Source: Clostridia bacterium (GTDB lineage Bacteria > Bacillota > Clostridia > Christensenellales > DTU072). From it: DNA of 57,608 nucleotides. The position numbers were made by a program, and so were the translations under genes. The notes beneath the pieces are model-generated. The model was not told the DNA's origin, made no database searches, and was given only the letters and a program-made list of their open reading frames with translations. The DNA lies in contig JBAXZI010000004.1 in the NCBI GenBank assembly GCA_041670385.1, positions 1-57,608 of the forward strand, written 5' to 3'. Below are positions 12,188-20,454 of this stretch, piece by piece. Position 1 is the stretch's first letter. Each line of letters opens with the position of its first letter.

Positions 12188-13250
12188 AGCTATAGCAATA
12201 ATTGATTTGGATATTATTTATAATAATGTTTGTTACATAAAAAGTAAAATAGATAATAATATTAAAATTATGTCTATAGTAAAAGCGGATGCATATGGAC
12301 ACGGTTTGGTACAAGTAGCCAAAAAGCTAGAACCGCTTGTCGATAGCTTTGGTGTAGTTACTATTGAAGAAGCTAAAAAGTTATGTCAAAATAATATAAC
12401 TAAAGAAATACTAATTTTAGGTGAAGTAAATGCTCAATTTTTACCTTATGTATCCCAAAATAATATTTCGCTTAGCGTTTATTCAAAAGAAATTTTAGAT
12501 AGATATTCAGACTTTTGTGATAAAACAAAAAATAAATTAAATGTTCATATTGCCATTAATAGTGGAATGAACAGATTAGGTTTGGAAATTGATGATTATG
12601 ATAATTTTGAAAAAATCATAAACCAACATTATTTTATTTATAAAGGAATTTATTCGCATTTTGCAGATTCTAAAGACTTAGAATATTGTAAATATCAAAA
12701 TAATAATTTTATGCTTGCCGCTCGTTATTTTGAAAATAAGCATATATTTTTTCCGACAATTCACATATCAAGTAGTTATCGAGCTATTAAAAATGAATTT
12801 TGTTATAATTGTGTTAGATTGGGAATTTTGCAATATAACAATGAAAATTATATTGACACACCATTGCAAACTGCTATGACATTAAAAGCAAAAATTATTC
12901 AAATTAGAGCTATAAAAAAAGATACTATTGTAGGATATAATAAAAGTTATGTAGCTAAAGAAAAAATGTTAATTGCGTGCGTTTCTATAGGTTATGCCGA
13001 TGGGCTGCCACTTGAAATAATAAATGGAAAAGTAGAATTTGAAGGCGAATTTTATGATATTTTGGCAGTTTGTATGGATTATTTGATAATTGACCTAAAA
13101 AATAATATAGAAATTAAGGTCGGGAATTACATAAATATATTTGGAAAAACCCTAAATCCGTATGATTTGGCAAAAATGATAAATGAGACAAATTACATAC
13201 TTTTGTCAAAAATTAGTAATAGGGTACTGAAAAAATATAAAAATTCTTAA
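12162..13250 (+). CDS. alr: alanine racemase
   Basis: PLP-Lys motif VKADAYGHG, then GMNRLG and SIGYADG. The start is ambiguous: TTG at 12162 is only 4 nt after AAGGAG, and ATG at 12177 is the alternative. The gene overlaps the dat 3' end. Confidence 0.85.
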   Translation: MIVQNMDYRAIAIIDLDIIYNNVCYIKSKIDNNIKIMSIVKADAYGHGLVQVAKKLEPLVDSFGVVTIEEAKKLCQNNITKEILILGEVNAQFLPYVSQNNISLSVYSKEILDRYSDFCDKTKNKLNVHIAINSGMNRLGLEIDDYDNFEKIINQHYFIYKGIYSHFADSKDLEYCKYQNNNFMLAARYFENKHIFFPTIHISSSYRAIKNEFCYNCVRLGILQYNNENYIDTPLQTAMTLKAKIIQIRAIKKDTIVGYNKSYVAKEKMLIACVSIGYADGLPLEIINGKVEFEGEFYDILAVCMDYLIIDLKNNIEIKVGNYINIFGKTLNPYDLAKMINETNYILLSKISNRVLKKYKNS

Positions 13251-13295
13251 GTAACTAATAATTACACTAAATATTGCGGTTTTATATATTTGCTA

Positions 13296-13324
13296 TTGAT
13301 AGTTTTTTTGCGTTATGTTATCAT
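13296..13324 (+). promoter_or_regulatory. candidate sigma-A promoter of the 13370-18225 operon
   Basis: TTGATA (13296-13301), 17 nt spacer, TATCAT (13319-13324). It sits about 45 nt upstream of the AAGGAGG RBS of the first gene. Confidence 0.4.
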
Positions 13325-13369
13325 TATTATATAATTTGTACTCAAGACTTAATATAAAAGGAGGTCAAT

Positions 13370-14125
13370 ATGGATAATGTTACTAAGGCAAAAATTAATT
13401 TATTTGCCGTACTTCGCAACATTGAAGACTTATGTGAACTAGATAAAGAATCAAAAGAACTTGTTAAAAATACCAAGCTTTCTGTTTCTTTTAATGTTCC
13501 CGAAGTTGGATGTGCTGTACTAATTTTTAAAGGTGGTAAATGCGAATTCATTCCTAATGAATCTAAAGCTGGATTAAAATTATGGTTTAATTCACCTGAG
13601 CATTTTAATAAATTAATGAATGGGGAAAATACAATTCCTTTATTTATCAATGTATTTAAAGTTGGTTTCTTACTAAAAACATTTACTAAATTAGCAGAGC
13701 GTTTGAGTTATTTTCTTCAACCTAAGAGTGAAGATTTATTTAACGATAGAGAATTTTTCGAAATTAATACCAAATTAACTGCTTTTACTGCATTTTTTGC
13801 TTTATGTCAAGTGGGAAATAGTGATAGTACAGGTAAGAAAGTTGCTGCACGTATGTCAAATTCTATAATTGCTTGCGGTATTCCTGGTGTTTTAGACGTT
13901 TATATAAAAGTTGAAGATCATATTATGACAGCATATAAAGGTGAAAATAAAGAGGCAATAGCATTTATGGAATTTGCTGATATAGATTTTGCTCATAATA
14001 TGCTTAGTGGTAAAGAATCAAGCTATGCTGGACTAGGTAGTGGCAAATTCAAGGTAAAGGGTGTTGTTGGTGTACTTAATGAAATGTCAAAACTACTAAA
14101 TCTTGTTAGTGTTTATCTACAATAA
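13370..14125 (+). CDS. hypothetical protein, possibly SCP2/sterol-carrier-like fold; paralog of 17386..18225
   Basis: 251 aa with a strong RBS (AAAGGAGG). No catalytic motif recognised. The C-terminal ...DIDFAHNMLSGKESSYAGLGSGKFKVKGVVGVLNEMSKLL resembles the SCP2 C-terminal signature. It can be aligned by eye to the last gene of the operon. Confidence 0.35.
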   Translation: MDNVTKAKINLFAVLRNIEDLCELDKESKELVKNTKLSVSFNVPEVGCAVLIFKGGKCEFIPNESKAGLKLWFNSPEHFNKLMNGENTIPLFINVFKVGFLLKTFTKLAERLSYFLQPKSEDLFNDREFFEINTKLTAFTAFFALCQVGNSDSTGKKVAARMSNSIIACGIPGVLDVYIKVEDHIMTAYKGENKEAIAFMEFADIDFAHNMLSGKESSYAGLGSGKFKVKGVVGVLNEMSKLLNLVSVYLQ

Positions 14126-14147
14126 TAGAGGAGGTAATTAAGATATT

Positions 14148-15410
14148 ATGATGAAATTAAATACGTATACAAAAAGTAACGAATTATTCAGAAGAGCACT
14201 TAAGGTAGTGCCTGCAGGAATATATGGACATATTGGACCTGCTGAAGGTTGTGCAATACCTACCTCAGCTTTCCCATTATTTATGGATCACGCTAAAGGC
14301 TCTCATTTTTGGGATGTTGATGGCAACGAATTTATTGATTATATGTGTGCTTATGGTCCAAATATATTAGGATATAATGACCCTGATGTTGATGCGGCGG
14401 CAATAGCACAAGCTAAAAAAGTAAATTGTGCATCTGTAGCTCCCGAACTACTTGTAGATTTTGCTGAATTAATGGTAAATACAGTAGATATGGCTGATTG
14501 GGCATTTTTTGCTAAGAATGGTAATGATGCTACACAGTTTGCAACAATGATAGCTAAAGAAAAAACACATAGAAGTAAATTAGTTTTAGTTAATGGTTTT
14601 TATCACGGTGTTTCTCCTTGGTGTCAAAACTATGGATATTCTGGCGTAACTGATGAAGATTTAGTTAACAATTTTTATGTTGATTGGAACAAACCTGAAC
14701 AATTTGAAAGAATTGTTAAAGAACATCCAGGCGAAATCGCTGCATTTATTTCTACACCTTATTATCATCCTGCAATGGGTGATAGCGAATTACCTGCTGA
14801 AGGTTATTGGCTAAAGATTAGAAAAATTTGTGATGAAAACGGAATTGTTCTTATATTTGATGATGTTCGTTGTGGTTTCCGTCTTGATATTGCGGGTAGT
14901 GATAAGCATTTTGGTATAAAAGCCGATTTAGAATGTTTTTGTAAAGCTATTGCTAATGGTTGGAATGTTTCCGCTATTTGTGGTACTTCAGAAATGAAAG
15001 GTGCTGCCGAAAATATTATGTTTACAGGTAGTTATTGGCTAAGTGCAATTCCATTTGCCGCTGGTATTGCTTGTATTAACAAGATGAAAGAAAATAATAC
15101 AGCAGCTTCAATAAAAGCAAAAGGTATCAAACTTCAAACTGGTTTGCAAGATGTTGCAAAATCAAACGGATTCAAATTGAAAGTTAGCGGAGAACCAGCA
15201 ATGTGGTTTATGAGATTAGAAAATGATTATCCATCAGCTATTATGCATCAAGAATGGGTTGCTGAATGTGTAAAGAGAGGCATTTTCTTTACTAGTCATC
15301 ATAATTGCTTCATTAATGATGCAATTACTGAAGAAGATATAAAACAAACTTTGGATGTAGCGGACGAAGCTTATAAAGTAGTTAAGTCTATGCACCCGGA
15401 TTTTCAATAA
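14148..15410 (+). CDS. class-III PLP-dependent aminotransferase / aminomutase (HemL, glutamate-1-semialdehyde aminomutase-like)
   Basis: 420 aa. N-terminal VVPAGIYGH...GSHFWDVDGNEFIDYMCAYGPNILGY, FDDVRCGFR, and the PLP-Lys region ADLECFCKAIANG. Confidence 0.8.
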   Translation: MMKLNTYTKSNELFRRALKVVPAGIYGHIGPAEGCAIPTSAFPLFMDHAKGSHFWDVDGNEFIDYMCAYGPNILGYNDPDVDAAAIAQAKKVNCASVAPELLVDFAELMVNTVDMADWAFFAKNGNDATQFATMIAKEKTHRSKLVLVNGFYHGVSPWCQNYGYSGVTDEDLVNNFYVDWNKPEQFERIVKEHPGEIAAFISTPYYHPAMGDSELPAEGYWLKIRKICDENGIVLIFDDVRCGFRLDIAGSDKHFGIKADLECFCKAIANGWNVSAICGTSEMKGAAENIMFTGSYWLSAIPFAAGIACINKMKENNTAASIKAKGIKLQTGLQDVAKSNGFKLKVSGEPAMWFMRLENDYPSAIMHQEWVAECVKRGIFFTSHHNCFINDAITEEDIKQTLDVADEAYKVVKSMHPDFQ

Positions 15411-15423
15411 ATAGGAGGTTAGT

Positions 15424-16299
15424 ATGGCATTAGACAAAAAAGAATGGTTACACCTTGAAGATAAAGCTAATGATTTACGTAATTTGTGTTTGCAAACTAC
15501 TCATTGGTCAGGTAGCGGTCACGTAGGTGGAAGTTTAAGTGTGATGGATATTATCACAGCACTATATTTTAAGTATATGAATTTTGATCCAAAAAATTAT
15601 GAAGATCCAGATAGAGACCGTTGCGTAGTAAGTAAAGGACACGCTGGTATCGGTTTAGCTGGTTTATTTGCTGATTTAGGATTATTAGATGTAGAAGACT
15701 TAAAAACATTTAACCTTACAGGTAGCAAACTAGGTATGCACTTAGATAGTAATAAGGTTAAGGGCTTAGATTTTTCTACAGGTTCACTAGGACACGGTTC
15801 TTCATTGGCACTTGGTTGTGCATTAGCTGGCAGAATAAACAAGAAAGCTTATAAAACTTTCTTAATATTAGGCGATGGCGAATGTGATGAAGGAAGTGTT
15901 TGGGAAGCTGCTATGGCTACAGCACATTTTAAAGTTGGCAATCTTGTTACTATAGTTGATCGTAATAAATATAGTATTGATGGCAATACCGAAGATGTTA
16001 TGTCATTAGAACCATTTGACAAAAAATGGGAAGCTTTTGGTTTTGATGTAAAGGTTATTGATGGTCATCGCTTTGATGAAATATGCGAAGCACTTGATTA
16101 TGCAACATCTAAGAAAGATGGAGATAAGCCAGTTTGCATTATAGCAAAAACTATAAAAGGTCAAGGGATTAGCTTTATGGCAGATAACTATAAGTGGCAT
16201 TATGGCGCAATTGATGATGAAAAATATGAAATTGCTAAGAAAGATTTAGCTGAATATTGTGCTAAAAGAAAAGCAGTAGCAGAAAAGGAGGGCAAATAA
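15424..16299 (+). CDS. transketolase, N-terminal (ThDP/PP-domain) subunit of a split enzyme
   Basis: 291 aa. SGHVGGSLS, and the ThDP-binding motif GDGECDEGSVWEA...N(28 aa)...DRN. Confidence 0.9.
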   Translation: MALDKKEWLHLEDKANDLRNLCLQTTHWSGSGHVGGSLSVMDIITALYFKYMNFDPKNYEDPDRDRCVVSKGHAGIGLAGLFADLGLLDVEDLKTFNLTGSKLGMHLDSNKVKGLDFSTGSLGHGSSLALGCALAGRINKKAYKTFLILGDGECDEGSVWEAAMATAHFKVGNLVTIVDRNKYSIDGNTEDVMSLEPFDKKWEAFGFDVKVIDGHRFDEICEALDYATSKKDGDKPVCIIAKTIKGQGISFMADNYKWHYGAIDDEKYEIAKKDLAEYCAKRKAVAEKEGK

Positions 16300-16300
16300 G

Positions 16301-17383
16301 ATGGCAGGTGGATTAGTTTTTACAGCAGTAGAAAGTACACAATTAGCTACAGCTGAAATATTTGGTAAGACACTTTGTGAACTTGGTGAAAAGAATCCAA
16401 AAATCGTTGCATTAACAGCTGATTTGAAAGGTTCTACCAAAATCGGTGAATTTGGTGAAAAGTTCCCAGATAGGTTTATAAATGTAGGTATTGCTGAACA
16501 AAATATGTACGGTACAGCAGCAGGACTAGCAAAATGCGGATTTATTGCGTTTGCTTCTTCATTCTCAGTATTTGCATCATTGCGTTCATTGGACCAAATT
16601 CATACAGATATATGTTATCAAAATGTAAATGTAAAAATAATTGGTACTCATGGCGGTACTTCATTCGGACAAGCAGGTTCTACTCATCACGCTATCGAAG
16701 ACTTTGCGGTTATTCGTGGTTTGGTAAATATGACATTAATTTGTCCAGCTGATGGTATAGAAACAGGTTTAGCAGTTCGTGCAGCAGCAGCAACAGATGG
16801 ACCTTTTTATATCCGTATTAATCGTGGTTTTGACCAAGTTGTTTATAACAATGATGATTATGGATTTAAAGTAGGTAAAGCAGTTACTATGGCTGAAGGC
16901 GACGATATCACAATAATTGCTTGTGGTTCTTGCGTATATCAAGCTATTCAAGCAGCTAAGGTATTGGCGTATGATCACAATATTCACGCTAGAGTACTTA
17001 ATATGCATACTTTAAAGCCAATTGATAGAGAAGCAATTTTGAAAGCAGTTAAGGAAACTCGTCGTATTGTTACCGCAGAAGATCATTCTGTTATTGGTGG
17101 ACTAGGCAGTGCAGTAGCTGAAGTAGTCGTTGAAGGCGGTTTGGCTTGTTCATTCAGGAAATTGGGTTTACAAGATGAATTTTCAAAAATAGGAATGCAC
17201 GAAGACTTAATGGCTATGTATGAAATTGATGCTGAAGGTATTGTAAAGAATGTACTTGAAGTAGTTAAGTCAGAATATGAAAAAACAGAAGTTAGCGGTA
17301 AAAAAGTAAAAGCTGATGATGCAAAACAGTCAGCTGAAGTAGTTACTGCTCCAAGTGGTGCAAACTGGATTGATGAGGTGTAA
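16301..17383 (+). CDS. transketolase, C-terminal (Pyr + C-domain) subunit with an extra charged C-terminal tail
   Basis: 360 aa. FINVGIAEQNMYGTAAGLA, GTHGGTSFGQAGSTHHAIED. The start lies 1 nt after the upstream stop. The last ~45 aa (EYEKTEVSGKKVKADDAKQSAEVVTAPSGANWIDEV) extend beyond the usual end of the family. Confidence 0.9.
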   Translation: MAGGLVFTAVESTQLATAEIFGKTLCELGEKNPKIVALTADLKGSTKIGEFGEKFPDRFINVGIAEQNMYGTAAGLAKCGFIAFASSFSVFASLRSLDQIHTDICYQNVNVKIIGTHGGTSFGQAGSTHHAIEDFAVIRGLVNMTLICPADGIETGLAVRAAAATDGPFYIRINRGFDQVVYNNDDYGFKVGKAVTMAEGDDITIIACGSCVYQAIQAAKVLAYDHNIHARVLNMHTLKPIDREAILKAVKETRRIVTAEDHSVIGGLGSAVAEVVVEGGLACSFRKLGLQDEFSKIGMHEDLMAMYEIDAEGIVKNVLEVVKSEYEKTEVSGKKVKADDAKQSAEVVTAPSGANWIDEV

Positions 17384-17385
17384 AA

Positions 17386-18225
17386 ATGACAATAAATAAA
17401 ATGACTCAAGGAGATAAATATGCGTTAAGAATATTCTTCTTCTCTGCGTTGCCTTTATTAAAAGTTATTGCTACTACCGAACCTAAATTTAAGAAGAAAT
17501 TTGAAGGAAAAAGTTTTGTATTTCAAATAAGTGTATTGTCAGATGAATTCAAAAAAACTGGCAAGTTATCTACTCATTTTGTAGTGGAAAATGGAGAGTG
17601 GACTACTCACGTTAGTGAAACTCATCCAAGTCCAGATATAGAGTTGGAATTCCCTACAGTAGAAAAATTTATCCTATTCTTCACAGGTAAGGGTATGCCA
17701 TTGCCAAAAATGAAGGGCGTATTTAAGAACTTTGGTAAATTTGTCGCAATCTTGCTAACGCTACTTAGAATGGCAGGTTTGTTGCAAGCAACCGAAATTC
17801 CTACTAAACAAGAAGACCAAAACTTACTAGTAAAATTGTATTTCTATTTGCTTAGTAATGGTATTAGTCAACTTAACAAAACAGGACACGAAGAAGCTAC
17901 ACAATTTACTGAAGTAAGTCCAGATAGAACTTATGCATTTGCAGTAACTGGACATGATGATTTGCAATCGTGGTTGCGAGTATGCAGAGGTAAATCCGTA
18001 GCAGGTCACGGCGAATATAAGAGATGTAAACCATTTCTTACAATGAGATTCGATAATACCGAACACGCATTAGGTATTCTTATGAGTAAAGCTGATATGA
18101 TAGATTATATGAAAAAAAGTTATCTAAGAATAGAAGGTGCTCCAGAATTCGGTGGTGCATTAGGTAATCTAATGATGACTGTAGGTTATTATGCACAAGG
18201 TGCATACCTAGATGCAAAAAAATAA
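17386..18225 (+). CDS. hypothetical protein, possibly SCP2-like fold; paralog of 13370..14125
   Basis: 279 aa, starting 2 nt after the transketolase stop. It shares blocks with the first gene, for example LEFPTVEKFILFFTGKGMPLP...FKNFGKF versus LWFNSPEHFNKLMNGENTIPL...FKVGFLL, and the C-terminal F-D...A..IL..K...........G.......L..L block. Confidence 0.35.
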   Translation: MTINKMTQGDKYALRIFFFSALPLLKVIATTEPKFKKKFEGKSFVFQISVLSDEFKKTGKLSTHFVVENGEWTTHVSETHPSPDIELEFPTVEKFILFFTGKGMPLPKMKGVFKNFGKFVAILLTLLRMAGLLQATEIPTKQEDQNLLVKLYFYLLSNGISQLNKTGHEEATQFTEVSPDRTYAFAVTGHDDLQSWLRVCRGKSVAGHGEYKRCKPFLTMRFDNTEHALGILMSKADMIDYMKKSYLRIEGAPEFGGALGNLMMTVGYYAQGAYLDAKK

Positions 18226-18257
18226 TATAGTAAAAATTAATAAAAGTTAATAAAATT

Positions 18258-18299
18258 AAGTGGATATAACATTTTGTATGGTATATCCACTTATTTTTG
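18258..18299 (+). terminator. intrinsic terminator closing the 13370-18225 operon
   Basis: Hairpin AAGTGGATATA (18258-18268) / TATATCCACTT (18282-18292), followed by ATTTTTGT. Confidence 0.75.
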
Positions 18300-18330
18300 T
18301 GTATAATAAAGAAAAAGAGGTTTTAATTAA

Positions 18331-19272
18331 ATGACAAAAATAGTTGTATTAGATGCAAGTCCAATGTCACAAAATGACATTACCATAGAAAGTTTAAGCA
18401 AATTAGGTGAATTTTTTGCCTATGAAAGAACGCCTGATAATCTTATAATAGAAAGAATAGGCGATGCTGAAATCGTACTTACAAATAAAGTACTTATTGA
18501 TAAGAATGTAATGGATTTATGTCCTAATATAAAATTTATTTCAATTTTAGCTACAGGTACAAATGTAGTAGATTTGGAATATGCAAAATCTAAAGGTATT
18601 ATCGTTAGCAATGTGCCTGCTTATAGTACTGAAAGCGTAGCCCAACACACATTTGCGTTGTATTTAGAATTATGTTCTAAGGTAGGTATTCATACTCAAT
18701 CGGTACATAACGGCGATTGGGTAAATAGTAAAGATTTTTGTTATTGTTTGGATAGTGTTGTAGAAATAAATAATAAGGTATTTGGTATCATAGGTTACGG
18801 AAATATTGGTAAAAGAGTAGCCGAAATAGCTAAAGCATTTGGAATGAAAGTGCTTATTAATAATAGAACGCCATTTGAGGGTAGTGTAAGCATAAATGAA
18901 GTTTTGGAAAAATCAGATGTTGTTTCTTTACATTGTCCACTAACTAGTGCTAATGAAAAATTTATTAATAAAAATACAATTTCAAAAATGAAAAAAAGTG
19001 CTGTGATAATCAATACAGCTCGTGGCGGGCTCATAGAGGAGCAAGACTTAGCCGATGCACTAAATAGTAAACAAATAGCAGGTGCGGGGCTTGACGTCTT
19101 GACTATAGAAAAACCGAATAAAGATAATCCTTTATTAAGTGCAACTAATTGCATAATAACACCGCATATTGCTTGGGCAAGTTATGAAGCAAGAGCAAGA
19201 CTATTAGAAGTCACTAGGAATAATATAATTAAATATCTAGATAAAAAACCTCAAAATGTGGTTAACAAATAA
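18331..19272 (+). CDS. D-isomer-specific 2-hydroxyacid dehydrogenase (glycerate dehydrogenase / hydroxypyruvate reductase-like)
   Basis: 313 aa. NAD fold GIIGYGNIGKRVA, then ARGGLIEEQDL and the catalytic His region ITPHIAWAS. Confidence 0.85.
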   Translation: MTKIVVLDASPMSQNDITIESLSKLGEFFAYERTPDNLIIERIGDAEIVLTNKVLIDKNVMDLCPNIKFISILATGTNVVDLEYAKSKGIIVSNVPAYSTESVAQHTFALYLELCSKVGIHTQSVHNGDWVNSKDFCYCLDSVVEINNKVFGIIGYGNIGKRVAEIAKAFGMKVLINNRTPFEGSVSINEVLEKSDVVSLHCPLTSANEKFINKNTISKMKKSAVIINTARGGLIEEQDLADALNSKQIAGAGLDVLTIEKPNKDNPLLSATNCIITPHIAWASYEARARLLEVTRNNIIKYLDKKPQNVVNK

Positions 19273-19299
19273 GCAGTTTTTAGCTGTTAGATAATATAT

Positions 19300-19328
19300 T
19301 TGACAAAATATTATCAATGTAGTAATAT
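19300..19328 (+). promoter_or_regulatory. sigma-A promoter upstream of tRNA-Leu and galU
   Basis: TTGACA (19300-19305), 17 nt spacer, TAATAT (19323-19328). Confidence 0.5.
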
Positions 19329-19461
19329 AATAATGCTTTAAGATGGGTGAAAAAGCGTCATACTTTACCAATTATAATCCTAATTTTGTAATAAAATATG
19401 GATTTTAATATAACAAAAACCTACTTAAGTTATAAATTATAAAAACATATTTATATCTTAT

Positions 19462-19545
19462 GTGGATGTGGCGAAACGGCAGACGCGTACGCTTGAGGGG
19501 CGTATGGATAAAACCTTGTGAGTTCAAGTCTCATCATCCACACCA
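19462..19545 (+). tRNA. tRNA-Leu (anticodon GAG), type II with long variable arm, CCA encoded
   Basis: Folded by hand. Acceptor GTGGATG/CATCCAC; 3-bp D stem GCG/CGC; anticodon stem TACGC/GCGTA with loop TTGAGGG; T arm GTGAG-TTCAAGT-CTCAT; 3' ACCA. Confidence 0.9.
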
Positions 19546-19571
19546 TCTTTTTATGCATAAGGAGGAAAGTC

Positions 19572-20447
19572 GTGAAAAAAGTTAGAAAAGCGGTTATACC
19601 GGCAGCAGGATTTGGAACGAGATTCTTGCCAGTAACAAAATCAATGCCAAAAGAAATGTTGCCTATAGTTGATGTTCCTAGCATACAGTATATAGTAGAA
19701 GAATGTGCGAATAGTGGAATTACTGATATTTGCATTATTTTAGGTAGAGGCAAAAATTCAATAGCAGATCATTTTGACCGTAATATTGAAGTAGAAAATA
19801 CTTTAAATGAAGCTGGAAAATTTGATTTTTTACAAAAGATGAATAGTTTACAAGGAAGAGTCAATATTGTATATGTAAGACAATGGGCGATGCAGGGTAC
19901 AGGTAAGGCTATAGAACTTTGTAAAACTTTTGTAGGAGATGAACCATTTGCAGTTTTATTTGGTGATGATGTTATTTATAATCCAGATTATCCTGTAATA
20001 AAACAACTTATGGATGCTTTTGATAAAACTGGTTCTACTATAGTTGGTGTTCAAACCCAACCAAAGGAAGAATGTCCAAAATATGGTGTTGTTGTACCGG
20101 GTAAAGTTAAGGGTAAGTTTACAGAACTACTTGGATTCAAAGAAAAACCTAAATTGGAAGAATTACCATCACAGTTGACAAGTTTAGGAAGATATATACT
20201 AACTCCTGAAATATTTAGTTACATATCGAAGACAGAACCAGCAAAAAATGGTGAGGTTTATTTACCTACTGCGATAGAATTAATGAGTAGTGATGTTAGT
20301 GTTTATGCATATGAATTTGATGGTAAAAGATACGATATTGGAGATAAACTCGGATATGTTAAGGCAAATATTGAATATGGACTTAGACATGAAGAGATAA
20401 AAGACGGATTAAAAGAATACCTAAAGGGAATAATATCACAATTGTAG
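19572..20447 (+). CDS. galU: UTP--glucose-1-phosphate uridylyltransferase
   Basis: VKKVRKAVIPAAGFGTRFLPVTKSMPKEMLP. GTG start 6 nt after AAGGAGGAAAG. The longer ORF in the track (19518) would overlap the tRNA, so the shorter start is preferred. Confidence 0.9.
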   Translation: MKKVRKAVIPAAGFGTRFLPVTKSMPKEMLPIVDVPSIQYIVEECANSGITDICIILGRGKNSIADHFDRNIEVENTLNEAGKFDFLQKMNSLQGRVNIVYVRQWAMQGTGKAIELCKTFVGDEPFAVLFGDDVIYNPDYPVIKQLMDAFDKTGSTIVGVQTQPKEECPKYGVVVPGKVKGKFTELLGFKEKPKLEELPSQLTSLGRYILTPEIFSYISKTEPAKNGEVYLPTAIELMSSDVSVYAYEFDGKRYDIGDKLGYVKANIEYGLRHEEIKDGLKEYLKGIISQL

Positions 20448-20454
20448 GAGTGAA

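Noticed and set aside
19343-19408. A 21-codon sORF (MGEKASYFTNYNPNFVIKYGF) between the promoter and tRNA-Leu
   Set aside because: It has no Shine-Dalgarno sequence, is very short and lies in a tRNA leader. There is no evidence beyond an ATG and an open frame.
19518-19571. N-terminal extension of galU (track start 19518)
   Set aside because: It would be translated from within the tRNA-Leu gene. The conserved GalU N-terminus begins at the GTG at 19572, which has a strong RBS.
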